Assembly (NCBI GenBank): GCA_002269645.1
Contig: NIVC01003783.1
Coordinates: 46,363-84,138 of the forward strand
Direction: 5' to 3'
From: Macrostomum lignano
Taxonomy: Eukaryota
DNA length: 37,776 nucleotides
A program made the position numbers and the translations under genes. Numbering within the stretch: position 1 is the first letter of the stretch; every line of letters begins with the position of its first letter. The notes under the pieces were generated by a model, which was not told where the DNA came from, made no database searches, and saw nothing but the letters and a program-made list of their open reading frames with translations. This document shows, piece after piece, positions 1-11,362 of the stretch.

Positions 1-210
1 CGGACAGGGCGCGAAACAGGCGCGGCGTCTGAGCTTACAAATCAAAGCCGGCGCCAGGCAGCTGTGCAGCCAGGAGGGCAGCGGCTCGGCGGCCAGTTGC
101 AGCAGCCGCAGGAGGGCAGCGGCCCCGGCTAGGTGACTTGCCAGCAGGCCGGCCCTAGCCAGCTGCCGCGGCAGATGAGGCTGCTGCCACAGTGCGACAG
201 CCTCGAGCAG
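1..210 (-). CDS. Candidate coding exon of an unidentified gene running off the left edge
   Basis: GC-rich. Acceptor-like cgcctcttcAG (AG at 212-211) is followed by an open frame LLEAVALWQQPHLPRQLARAGLLASHLAGAAALLRLLQLAAEPLPSWLHSCLAPALICKLRRRACFAPCP, similar in composition to the other exons. No recognisable domain; the other two minus-strand frames contain stops. Confidence 0.35.
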   Translation of the reverse strand, partial: MLEAVALWQQPHLPRQLARAGLLASHLAGAAALLRLLQLAAEPLPSWLHSCLAPALICKLRRRACFAPCP

Positions 211-3200
211 CTGAAGAGGCGGGTGTAGACGGGGTCATGTAAGCCCAGTAAGCCTTGCTTAACAAGAGGACTTGATTGAAAAAAAAAACAAAAAAGATGA
301 ACAAAAGAGACAGAGACCCATAGCATCTGATTAGATTCCGTTGAGCATCCATCGATTGCATAGAGAAAAAGCTTTCGTAAGGCCGATTTTAATCCTCTCT
401 CCTAACACGAGAGTTTTAATGAATTTTGAGCATCTCAAATGGTTCAGTTCAGCAGCCTTGGATTCTGAAAGGCGAGGCCTCAATTTCCTCAAGTAATTGG
501 AGCTGCAGTTTAGGGGAAATTCTGATCATTAGGCGGGCGCGATGGACTGGAGAGAGGCGGACAGACGGAGAAAGGGGATTAAATTAAAAACAGAAGTCTG
601 TTAAGCCACCATGCGATCGATTGGAAATGGAATCCAGCGAATTGAACTGATGCCACGCCTATGCAGTCAGAAGGTAATACAAGAGATTGAAAATCCATTT
701 GAGTGAGCTTATAAAATGTACTTTCTAGTGGCAAGATTTCGTTTCCTGATGCGTGCGCCGGCAGATTAGAAAAGGCATTTTTGATCGATGAGCAAAAAAT
801 TTCACTGCGCCCGAAAAAATCCGACGTCACATATTTTTCCTAGTTTGCAGTGCAAGAGGTAGGGAGGAAGCAAAGTAGAAAGCACAGGTGAGACTTGTTC
901 CAGATGGAAATTATTATTATTCTTGTCCACACACACACGCACGAACCAATCGGCCGCGCGATTTCTCCGACCAGACCAAACCGCGAAAAAAGAGGGCTGT
1001 GTGTCCAGAAAGAAAAGGCCTGCCTCGCCTTGTTTCTCTCAGCCTCGTGCCTCCGACCTCTCTGCGGGTCGATTCTGAGAAAGCAGGAACGCCAGGGCAA
1101 AGAAAAATGCTGGAGGCAACTAACAGAGGGAGAGGCGTTCGCCTGAGTAGGGCGCTCTACAGCCCCGAGCCCCATCAAACAACAAGAGTCCGGCGGGAAA
1201 AAACTCAACTCTTCTGTCTATCCGTCTGCTTTTTCCGCCGGCAGCCGCTGGTCAGGAATAGTAGGGCCGTAGCCCCTGCCCAAATTAAGCCGCAGAGAGT
1301 TCGCTGCTTCCCATCTAGCACTGTTTTGCCGTCATCAGTGCCACCGCTTCTGCTTGCAACCCTCGCCAAATCGAAGTACTGCTCGGCGTACCACATTCTT
1401 ACGGTTCTTTCTCTCCCTTCCCAAAACTGCTCGTGGTCCCAGTCCAAGGCATTGATGGTGATTGCCTGACAAACGAACGGCACATGCAATATTATATTAA
1501 CGGCTCATGTGGTCGTCCTTTCTCTCTATTGAGCCTGTGTGCGTATGAGCGTGCACAAGATCTGGATATTTAATGTATTTGAGTTCTCTGACAAGTCTGT
1601 ATAGCCCATAGCCCAATGGCTTTTATAGCCACTGGGATGCGAGCAGAGATCTAAAAATGCTGACAACGCGGGCACCCCAAGTTAGTGAATACTTAAAGCA
1701 CTGAAGCGAAATCAGCTCCGCATAGCAACCAGCCGTCGTCTTAGAAACTTTTTTTATGAGCGCACAGCTGAGCAATAGAATCTGTTGTTATTGGCGTAGC
1801 ACAATAAGCCACTTCATGTAAAAATGTGCAGTGCAGTTGTGCAGTTTTTCCTTCGACGTAAGCCAAACTTTTTGTTCTTCGAGACTGTTTCTTCTGCCGA
1901 GACGAAGAATGCCAACTCGCGGAGGATGTCATTTTGTCTATTTTGATGCTCCTAACTCTGCCGCCCAATCGCTCAAATGTCAATTTTTTCAAACTTCAGG
2001 CTGACTTGCAATTACAAAACACACGAGTATGCCGAACCAGGGAGTTTACTTTCTATGGTAATCACTTTCACTTAGCTTTCACAAGCTACCAGCTTGTATA
2101 AAATTGTGATGTCTGTTCTCTGATGACTCCTGCATGCACGAAAGGAGTTTCGAATTTCGGAATGCAAAGCCGTAGTGCAATCGCATCCACCTGCAGCCGA
2201 AAAATAAGTCCCTGTGACAGCTGTGATCCCATCCTAGTCCAGTCAGGAGAGCGCGCACTCCGGATATGAATCAATCGATCAATACACTTCATCCAGAACA
2301 AAAATGAAGTCATAATAGCGCTCATATTTCAGCTTATGTGAGCCAGCTAGCCTATTGCCCTCGCGATTCCTTCTCATTATTGTAGCTGAACTATTTCACA
2401 TCGTATTAGAAGTGCAATAAATAAGGTAGCACTTGGTGCATACAGGATACATGAGGAGGGAAAAAATACTCGCATAACAGAGGGCAGCCAGTCGAGAGCT
2501 AGGCGGATCCAACGCTGCCTCACTGACCGTTTAGAAGTCTTATTTGCTCATTCGACTGGAAAATGAGAGACCCCCACAACGGAAGGGGTAGGCGAGAGGG
2601 AGAGAGAGAGTTGGCGCGAGTTTAGGCTCCATGGCCTGGGAGGAATAAAGCCGAACAAAAAAGAAAAGTAAAAAGTGAAGACAGCTTATTTGCACACGCA
2701 TTGCATTATCATGGCTTATATAGCTCAGGCCGCGTTTGTGAAAAGAAAACAGTAGAAAATTTAATTTCCTCCTCCCATCGACACAACCAGAGACGCTCTT
2801 GTCACTGCGCGTCAATCCTGCCTAGTTTTTTTCTTTCCTGGGCCATGCCGAGTTTCAGTTTGGCGAGGGAAAGAGAGGGGGAGCGGGACTCGGATTTGAT
2901 TGACTGTCGCGCTTTCCGGAGACGGGTGGAGCACAGATACGCTCGTAGAAGTCTAGAGCATAGCTCGTATATAGATACGAGAGATCGGGAAGACTATAAA
3001 ACATCGATGAATTTAGATCAAACAGCCATGCACAACTCTGGGCGGTAGAAACTGGGATATAGACTACCCTGAGAAAACTTTGCTACTTCCGAAAAAGTTG
3101 GAGATGGGAAGGGTGGCTCAGAAAGACACAGGGATCATTGATTATTTTATCCTCACAGTCACAGATCCATGTTAGCATTGAGCTACTGGCTTCGTGCGCA

Positions 3201-5955
3201 AAAAAAACCAGACAATACGGAGAAAAAACTATGATTATAGACAGGGAGAACAGGAAAACCAAAGGGAGATGTGAGGATATGCCAAGTAGGAAAACTGCCA
3301 ACAATGACAAGTACTGGTACTGGGGTATCTATTTCATAGTTTACCCAGTATAGTGAAAAAACCCCAAGGCACACGCTCTAAGTACGTACACTAATACGAC
3401 AAGCATATTCTAGCCAAAGGACACGAACGCAAAGTTGCACGGTCTGAATTTCACCTTGAGCTCTTCTCTTTGGAATGCAATAAATCAAACTGACTAACTT
3501 TACAATGCACTCACGATAAATAATACAATTGCAGACTAGCTTTCAGCCAGCATCACCGTAAGTAATGAGAACTATTTCTCATACGAGGAACAAGATGCAG
3601 TGTCAGTAATGTTAGAAATAGCTTTGCCTCAAGCGTGTCAGTAAATAGAAAGGAATGAAGAGTCAAGAGTAGGTGGATTGAGTCTTCTCTAGCCTGAAGG
3701 GCTTCTAAAATATTGATACCAAACTGGCCAGTTGGCGAGACGCTGAGAGGGGTTGACTTGACCAGATTTGGTAGCATCGCATTACATCCAACCCGTCCTG
3801 TCCAATCCATTCTAACAGTAGCTAGAGAAGCATGAAGTCGGGGTTAGTCTGTGTTGCTCAAGCATAAGAAAAAAGCCTCAGCTGCAACGGTCTCTTAAGC
3901 CTGAGCGCTTCCATTCACTTTAATTAATTGCCTTTCTTTTGTCAAGACAGAACGGGAATAAGCTGCTCAAGTAGAAGATAAGAATTCTCAAATGCAGCCC
4001 AGGAGGAAAGGGAAGATGTTGCTTTTTACAGGAAATCCTTTTGCTGAAAAAGAGGTCCAAGCCCGCTAATTTTCAAGATGCTTTCCTAAACTGAAGTTTT
4101 TTTGTCGCGTAGCCACTGCATAAGCCGCCTTGATTATACCACTGCTAAATTGACGCAATTATTTACTGTTGTCTTAACCAAAACACGAGTAAAGATAAAC
4201 GTTCAATAGAATAGAAACCAGTAGCAGAGCTACTCTATTGAGTCTTTTCCATGATTTTCTCCAGTGCGCTGCTACAAGAGTGCAAACAAGCTAAACAAGC
4301 AATCTGAAACCCGTTTGCTTATCCAACATAGCCGCTAGTGCTGTAACGTCACATTTAGAACTGTTTATTAGTAGTTAGAAAGTTGTCGAAAATTCAAATA
4401 AGCAGACAATCACCAAAAGTATGACAAATGAACTCATAGAAAATTAATCTGTTTGAGAAATACCAACTTGACAAATTATCAGCACGCCTGAATTATATCC
4501 ATAGTAAGTCAACAAAATGTGAACTATCTAGATAGAAAATCTTGCGAATGTAACACAGAGCTGAGGTTGTCATAACACAGATGCTATGCTCAAGATAGCC
4601 TTTATAGGTGCTCTTCCAGCCCGTCTGGCACTTGGCGTACGCGAGTAAAAAGACTAAGCTATTGAATCACAACTTCAGGGCGGCAAATATGCGGCCCATA
4701 CGAAAATGGGTGCCGAACTTTCTAGAATCTGTCATTGTGCCGCGTGAGGAATGGCGTAGACTGGATACGAGAGCGCACGAGTGGGTGCATGAGGGTAGAG
4801 AAAGGTGGGAGAGAGGCGAGATGGAGTGTCCCAGACTCCCAGAGGAACTGAGCACAGGACGGCGGAAAGCGCGGGATAGGGCAGGTCAGACTCAGGCAGC
4901 AACAGAGGATCTAGGAAGGTGCAGTAAGCGGAAACTCCTTTTTTATTCAGGAAAAATCCCTGCGGCTTACAGTGAATCAGACTCTCTCAGCTGGCCTGGG
5001 GAGCGTGAGACCGAGGACTTCGAAGGGGAACTGAAAAGGAAAGCAGGTTAGGCCAAGTCCTGCTGTAGGGAGGACGAGCAGAAGAAGCTGAAGAAAATCA
5101 TTACTGTATCAGAGTGGAGCTTTCTGACCCCGAGCCGAAGCGCTTGAAGACTGGAAGAGGAACTTGACCTGCATTTCGGACACGGTAATTGGCGGTTCGC
5201 CCCGTGTTACAAAGCCTGAGCCTTAGCCCCTTTATTATCTGCACGAATGGAATTAGACGAGGAGGCAAACGACCGACAGGTGTAGAAGCTACAGGCAACA
5301 ACAAGCCCAGAGGTTCACCAGAGGCTGGGAAAATTAGTAAACCAAAACAAAAAACTCGAGAAAAGACGTCAGAAATGGCTGCTGAGGCTTTTTATAGGGA
5401 CTTTGAAGCAGCAACATAGAGTCTGACAGCACACGCTTACGCACATAGATTTCCCAGTGCACTTTCTTTACAATGCTCCGTCCGCCAGAGGCGACGCAAT
5501 AAGGAGGATTAAGAAAAAATGAGGAATTATTTATCGGACGAGTGAAAGAAAAAATCTTTTTCAGCTAACGGAAAGAAAATCCCAATTGTAAAGCGCAGCC
5601 AGTCTTTACCAATCTGCCAGTAGTCCGGCATTCTCCCACACTATTCCTCAATTGTGCGCGAAAATCCCCGCCCATTCTGACAGGGGGAATTCCCTAATGC
5701 CTATACCGCTATAGTAGCTACGCTAAAAAGTGATTCAATTCCTTCATCAATTCTGCTAATACGCAGTCCAATACAGCAGCTGTCGATGTCTAGACTGAGG
5801 GGAGATTAAGGCGGGGCCCAGACATCTGAAAGGAAGCGGAGGTATGGGACAGGGCTACAATAAGCTTCTGTGCTAAGGCATGAAAGAAAATGGGACATTG
5901 ATTTGGGGAGAATAAGGCAGGTAAATAAGGATAGGGATGGGCGAGGCAGAAGGGA

Positions 5956-7818
5956 CTAGAGCTGAGTCTCAAAAGCGGATGCCGAGGCGGCGACAGCGGA
6001 GCCATCGGCCAAGTCATCAGCGGTGGCAGCGGCAGAGGCATCTGGCGGCACCAGCAGCTTCAGGTGCAGTAGGTAGTCTCTGATAAGCCTGGCCGCGTGC
6101 AGAGCCCGCCGAGACTGCAGGGCCAGCTCGCCGGCGGGACGAAGCCGCAGCTTCAATAGACGCCGGCCCTCGGTGTTGAAGGCTAGAACACAGTCCAGGC
6201 GGTAGGACAGGCAGGGCGGACTGGCGGGGTTGGAGCCTGGCGCCAGCAGGTGAATGCCGGACTCGCCAACCGCCAGAGTGTGGCTCGAATCCGCTTCGAC
6301 TGACAAGGCAACGCCGGCTGCGCAGGAGCCCGAGGCGGCGAGGACGCGAACGTCAAACTGAGCGCAGCCAAACAGCGGCTGGCAGGATCGGGAGCAGGCT
6401 TCGATAAGCATCAAATCGAGATTAAAGCGCTGATCGGCTTCGCTGACGCTGCCAGTTCCGCTGTTGGAAGTCTCTGCTGCTGCTGCGGCGGCTGTAGCGG
6501 CGGCGGCAGCAACTCGCCGCGGCGCAACTTGATCGCGCCAGGCCAGAGGCAGGACGCGAAGAGCGGCCGAGGGAGAGGAAGCTTCGCGGGCGGCTCGAAT
6601 GCCGCACAGTTCGGCGGCTAGCCGGGCATCCAACGGCAGCCGTCCATCGTAGACATCGGCGAGGCACTGCTGGGCGAGCAGGGCAGCCTCGGCCCGGTCG
6701 CCGGCGCCAACCAGCGGCGGAACAAAAAGGCGCTTCCGACAGACCAGGCGAACGGGACTTGAAGCGCTGGGTCCGGCCAGCTGGCAGAGCCGCTCCCAGC
6801 GGAACAGGACGTCCCCGATGCAGTCAGCTGGTCCGGTTGGCCGCTCGAGCCTGCCAAGCTGCTCGTAGAGTGCCCAGCCGACTGCGGAGGCGGCCAGAGG
6901 GATGCGGGCCAGCACGACCGTCAGAGCCTCTGAGCCGGTCAGGCGGGCATGGTAGTCAAGCCGGCGCTGGTCACCGTCAGGCAGCTGTACTGAGGCTGAT
7001 GCGGCGGCGCGGCGGTACAGCGCTAGAAGCTCCGGCGCCGATGGCGGACACAATCGCGGAGGGCGGCCAGTTAGAAGGCAACGATTGAGACAGCGCAGGC
7101 AGAATTGTGCGCACCTGCCAGCCTCGGTGTGGCCTTCCAGAGCTGCCCGATCCAGGTGGCATCGCAGGTAGGCTAGCACAAGCGGTGCGGACGGCGCGGC
7201 AATGGCGCACAGGGCGCACAGCAGCCGGAAGGCGCGCTCGCAGGCGGCCGACTGCCAGTCGCAGGTGGTCTGGCGCACCAGCAGCAGGCAGAGCTCGCTG
7301 CAGAGAGGCCCGCCGCCAATGCAACGCAGCAGGAGAGCCTGGGCGGTGCGCACCGCGGTCGGCTCGGCCAGAGATTCGACGGCCTCGAGTAGGCGCAAGG
7401 CAGCGGGAAATTTCGCGGCGGCGGCCGCCTCCTGAGCGTCAGCATGGATCAGAAGTGGCCGAGCGTCCGGTCGACCGGAGCGGCGTCTGGCCCAGTAGGC
7501 CGGCCGGTAGCTGGCCGGGTCGTGGCGCCGACCGCTGCTCCCGTTGCTGCCCGGACTGCCACCGTCGGCACCGCTGACGACGGCTGCAGGCGGCGTTGTC
7601 TGGCGTCGTTTCAGCGAGCCGCCGCAGGGTCCTCGAGCCGGCGCTGGCGGTGCTAGCAACCCGGACGCGGCAAGGTCGCGCCTGCAGCGCTGCACATCCT
7701 CGGCTAGGCGCTGCCTGTCGGCATCGGTAGTGGCGACACGTTGCAGCAGAAGCTGGCTGGCCTGCTGCAGCCGGCCGGTTGAATTGGCACAGTTGCCATG
7801 CGGATGCTGCTGCTGCAT
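5956..7818 (-). CDS. MyTH4-FERM domain protein (PLEKHH/MAX-1-like C-terminal module), single coding exon, about 620 aa
   Basis: MyTH4 motifs: ELCLLLVRQTT, RAFRLL, YLRCHL, AQFCLRCLNR, R..PPS..EL. FERM motifs follow: VQLPDG, GWALYE, DVLFRWE, RKRLF, QCLADVYDGRLP, LFGCAQF. The listed 7872 start is TTG and the first ATG is at 7818. An in-frame stop and an acceptor (tattattaacAG, 7895-7894) lie just upstream. Confidence 0.85.
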   Translation of the reverse strand: MQQQHPHGNCANSTGRLQQASQLLLQRVATTDADRQRLAEDVQRCRRDLAASGLLAPPAPARGPCGGSLKRRQTTPPAAVVSGADGGSPGSNGSSGRRHDPASYRPAYWARRRSGRPDARPLLIHADAQEAAAAAKFPAALRLLEAVESLAEPTAVRTAQALLLRCIGGGPLCSELCLLLVRQTTCDWQSAACERAFRLLCALCAIAAPSAPLVLAYLRCHLDRAALEGHTEAGRCAQFCLRCLNRCLLTGRPPRLCPPSAPELLALYRRAAASASVQLPDGDQRRLDYHARLTGSEALTVVLARIPLAASAVGWALYEQLGRLERPTGPADCIGDVLFRWERLCQLAGPSASSPVRLVCRKRLFVPPLVGAGDRAEAALLAQQCLADVYDGRLPLDARLAAELCGIRAAREASSPSAALRVLPLAWRDQVAPRRVAAAAATAAAAAAETSNSGTGSVSEADQRFNLDLMLIEACSRSCQPLFGCAQFDVRVLAASGSCAAGVALSVEADSSHTLAVGESGIHLLAPGSNPASPPCLSYRLDCVLAFNTEGRRLLKLRLRPAGELALQSRRALHAARLIRDYLLHLKLLVPPDASAAATADDLADGSAVAASASAFETQL

Positions 7819-8327
7819 CTGGCGCTGCCCGCCGGGCCTGGCTAAGAGGCCCGAGGCCGGATCAGTTAACAACCGCTCGCTGACCCGTTAGAGCTGTTAA
7901 TAATATAAATGGCGGACCCCGAGGCCAGCCTGGTGCAGCTTCAATACAGCAAATTAAGTGGAGCAGCGACAGACAAAGCTAGCGGAGTGCCAATGCGTTG
8001 AGACCGGCAGGCCGGAGAGGACATAAATTGGATGGCCAAGAGGGGGGGGTAGAGAGTTCGAGGCTGGGGAAGGATTGGCCGAGAGCCAATAAGAGTCGCA
8101 TCATAGGTGAGAATAGACAGGTCCCAAAAGTGACTACTAGTAATACTATATGCCGTGTAAAGGCAACGCGTACACTCATTTTTTAATTACTCCCTCTCTA
8201 AACTGCTGTACAGTTCGATGCGCAGCGAATCATTGCGAGCCAGGTGAGAAAGATGGAAAGTAAAAAAATCTCATACAGCCAAATGTTACACACACGCGAG
8301 CTGCTGGAATGGGGAGGGCGAGTGTTT

Positions 8328-8328
<1 letters not shown>

Positions 8329-8383
<55 letters not shown>
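8329..8383. repeat. (CT)n/(GA)n microsatellite, about 27 units
   Basis: Directly visible perfect dinucleotide run. Confidence 0.98.
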
Positions 8384-8385
<2 letters not shown>

Positions 8386-8699
8386 CTGTCCTGGCACTCA
8401 GCTTTCCTATCTGTGCAAAGAGCAATTAATTATTAGGACACCTGGAGAGCACTTGCCAAGTGATAGACAGCCAGAGAGCAATTCAATTCGATGCCTCTAG
8501 CTGAGCGAGAAATGCTAAAATAACCGAATGGCTCTGAGTGACAACTGCAGAAATCTAAATCGAACTGAAAAAATAATTTATATCAGTGAAAAGGGCTCCT
8601 TAAATGTGATGCTACTTTAACTTTTCTCCTAATGATTTGATCATATTTATATAAAATTTATTTATATGAGGGCTGTCCAAAAAACAGTGTTACTTTTCA

Positions 8700-9660
8700 C
8701 TATATCTCTTATTCTGCTAATCCAAATAACATCATTTGCACAGATTTATAGTGGCAACTCTCTTCTTCATATTAACTTTAACATGGAAACAAAAGTTATA
8801 AACTAAAATATAGCAGGACCAAGAGGTTCGTGCCCTGACTAAAATCCTCAGATCTAATGGTTACCTTCTCAGTTTTGTCAGCCGCATTATCAATGTGTCT
8901 GTCACCAAGAAAGTTTCCAGCAATATGAGATCCAGGCAACCAGAGATAGATTCTTGGGATGCTCAGTTGGTTCTCCAATTTTTTGGTAAACATTTCACTT
9001 GGCTTCAGGAAAAAACTTGAGAAAATGTTCAGCAAATGGCTTAAGTGCACTGTTGGGATTGTTTTTCACACTGAAAAGATTGGTCACTATGCTAGCAAGC
9101 TCAAGTCAGCTGTTCCACTTGCTCTAAGGGCTGGTGTTGTTTACCAATTTTGCTGCTCTGAGGATCAGTCCATTTCCTACATTGGAAAAACAAAGCGACA
9201 CCTGCACACTAGAGCTAGGGATTATTGGCTAAAAAGCTATGCAATTAATGACCATCTGCTTGTTTATAAAAAATTTTGTGACAATGAACTAATTCAGCTC
9301 TTTAATTGCTTGATAGGTGCAAATTTGACCATAAGCTTAAGATTATTGAAGCTTTGTATATCAGAATGCACAAACCCAACTTAAATGTGCAGCTTGCTGG
9401 CAATGGGATAGAGCGTGAACTAAGAGTACTGTGAGCAGAGCTATGCCTTTTTTTCTCTTCCTTCCTTCATTATGTACTTGGCACTTTTGAAATTCTACTG
9501 GACTGTTTTGACCCACTTTTGGACTTTAAAGTTTGTTTTGCTTAAATATATTGGTGTTGTGAATTATAGGTTAATTGAATTTGCCCTGATGATGTCTTAT
9601 GTTTGACAAAATGCATTGGCTAGAAAGAAAGTTTTATTTTTATTTTGTTTTTGTTGACAT
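8700..9660 (+). mobile_element. Penelope-like retroelement (PLE) 3' remnant: degenerate RT end, GIY-YIG endonuclease and 3' UTR
   Basis: Fragments in shifting frames: NSLLHINFNMETK (RT, like NSLHxNIxFTME), EVRALTKILRSNGYLLSFVSRII (thumb), GVVYQFCCS..SYIGKTKRHLHTR (GIY-YIG), KLKIIEALYIRMHKPNLNVQ, then stop at 9432-9434. Frameshifts, stops and an internal deletion are present. The left boundary is approximate. Confidence 0.88.
9583..9620 (+). ncRNA. Degenerate minimal type-I hammerhead ribozyme in the PLE 3' end
   Basis: GCC-CTGATGA-T-GTC-ttatgttt-GAC-AAAA-TGCA-T-T-GGC. Helix I is GCC/GGC, the core is CUGAUGA, helix II is GUC/GAC, and helix III is the palindrome AUGCAU. The conserved GAAA reads AAAA. 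Confidence 0.65.
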
Positions 9661-9780
9661 AAAGTATTATTTTGAATTTTAAAATGTGCATCATGTCTGA
9701 CACTTTGTATACATTTTTCATTAATGTGTATTAGAACTTATATTTTATTAGATACTTATAATATATACTTTCCTAAGTAT

Positions 9781-10537
9781 TAGTGATGGATCGAAATTCA
9801 ATTTTGATTTCGATATTCCGAAACTAATTTTGCATCGAAATAATTTTGATTTCGATTTCAAATTTTGACACCATTCATCGAAAATCATTTCGAAATTTTG
9901 TTTTTATTTTAACAATTTAGACATTGATGATCATGCTACACAAGAAAGAAAATCTATAGGAAGTGAAAGGAAGTGCGGTTCAAAGACTCAGTGGGGAGGT
10001 GAGAATTGCCTTTTCTACAAGAAAGATTGTGCGGGGCGGGGCACACACTGTTCCAAGCCTTGTGCTGCACCCACCTCAACCTCCACAAGCCCACTGGCTG
10101 AACTCATTGGCGTGGATTTTAATTGGCTAAAGACTTAAAGCCTTAATGATATAGATATAGGCTACTCGTATCTAGATCTTTAGCTTAAACAGAGTGAAGT
10201 ATAATACAACTTCTACTATATTTCTATGTACGAGTGTATAATACATGCATAATACACCAGCATTTTCTATTTCGTATTTTTAAAAAGTTAAATCTTAAGT
10301 ATTCTGGTTTAAACATATCAAATATACTTTTTATAAAACATGTAAGCTCATACATGCAGAGACAAGGTGTTAACCTTTTTGCATGATTAGCGAAAAAGTA
10401 AAAATTTGTTAAGCAAAAAAATTTCGATTTCAATTTTGATTTCAATTTTGATTCTAAAGAACCGAAAATTTCGATTCTAAGGAACCGAAAATTTCGATTT
10501 TGATTTTGATTTGAAAAATAATTTCGATCCATCACTA
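9781..10537. mobile_element. Non-autonomous hAT-type MITE, 757 bp
   Basis: Perfect 18-bp TIRs: TAGTGATGGATCGAAATT (9781-9798) and AATTTCGATCCATCACTA (10520-10537). Perfect 8-bp TSD CTAAGTAT (9773-9780 and 10538-10545). Many subterminal TTTCGA/TCGAAA motifs at both ends; no transposase ORF. Confidence 0.92.
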
Positions 10538-11299
10538 CTAAGTATGATATTTCACTAGTGACACAAAACAAAGTTTTAGCATATAAGATTCAATTAGCTT
10601 CCAAAAAGGTCCTTTATTGTCAAGATTGCAAAAAAGGTTCTTTTATTGTTGAATATTTTAATAATACCTAGATATATACTATGTAATAGGCCTCATTTTT
10701 ATGCCATTAGTTTCTAGGAATTGTGCATTTTGAAAGTACTACTATTGTTATACTGTACAAATATTATAAATATTTTCCATAAGCGAAATATTCTGTATAT
10801 TTTGAATATTATCATTTCTTATAAACTGTATTACAAAACTTTACTGTAAAAGGGAGCCTACTGGAGGCCAAGAAAAATGAATCATTTTTGTTTCCATTTC
10901 AGTTTACCTTGTCTGTCTTCTTGCTTCAAGCTTGAAATTGTTACTAGTATTTTGAAATTGAAGTCTTGTTCAATATTTATTGACTTAGTTATTTAGGTAA
11001 AAGTATTAAGAAGCCCCAAAAAGGGCCAAAATTGGGAGAGTTCAAACTGTTCTCAGAAGAATGAGAAATCCAGATCTAAAATCTGAGAAATCGCCTTTAG
11101 AAGGCAGGAATCCTACCACAGGGTAGGCCTAGAGAAGTCTAGACTCAGAGTCTGAGAAACCTGCCTCAGGGCAGAATACCCAGCAAATAAGCTGTGACCC
11201 TCTGATCCCAGGAATGCCCAGGACTGAGAGAATAATATCTTTAGAAGGGTATAGGAATAGGATAGACAGTGCTTAAAGACTGCTCAGGCCAGAAAGTAC

Positions 11300-11362
11300 A
11301 ATAGAAGTACATATGTTACCAATAGAAGTACATACACTACCAATAGAAGTACATGCGCTACC
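11300..11362. repeat. Short tandem repeat, about 21-22 bp x3 (caatagaagtaca...)
   Basis: aatagaagtaca occurs three times at about 21-22 bp spacing. Confidence 0.7.

Noticed and set aside
888-1469. 193-aa plus-strand ORF
   Set aside because: Non-ATG start, no domain motifs, and low-complexity intergenic character.
2119-2160. CTGATGA...GAAA resembling a hammerhead core
   Set aside because: No proper helix II between CTGATGA and GAAA (the CTCCT/AGGAG stem encloses the GAAA), and no helix I or III.
4608-5420. 147-aa ORF and a charged broken frame (MELDEEANDRQV*KLQ...KLEKRRQKWLLRLF)
   Set aside because: May be decayed TE or gene sequence, but I recognise no motif, the listed start is not ATG, and the frames are interrupted.
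6183-7891. Many overlapping ORFs on both strands over the MyTH4-FERM gene; likewise 24818-25788 over the NTPDase and 35204-36072 over K2P
   Set aside because: Shadow ORFs from GC-rich coding sequence with no recognisable motifs.
8666-8685. tatgagggctgtccaaaaa, resembling a mariner TIR start
   Set aside because: No partner inverted repeat or transposase remnant was found.
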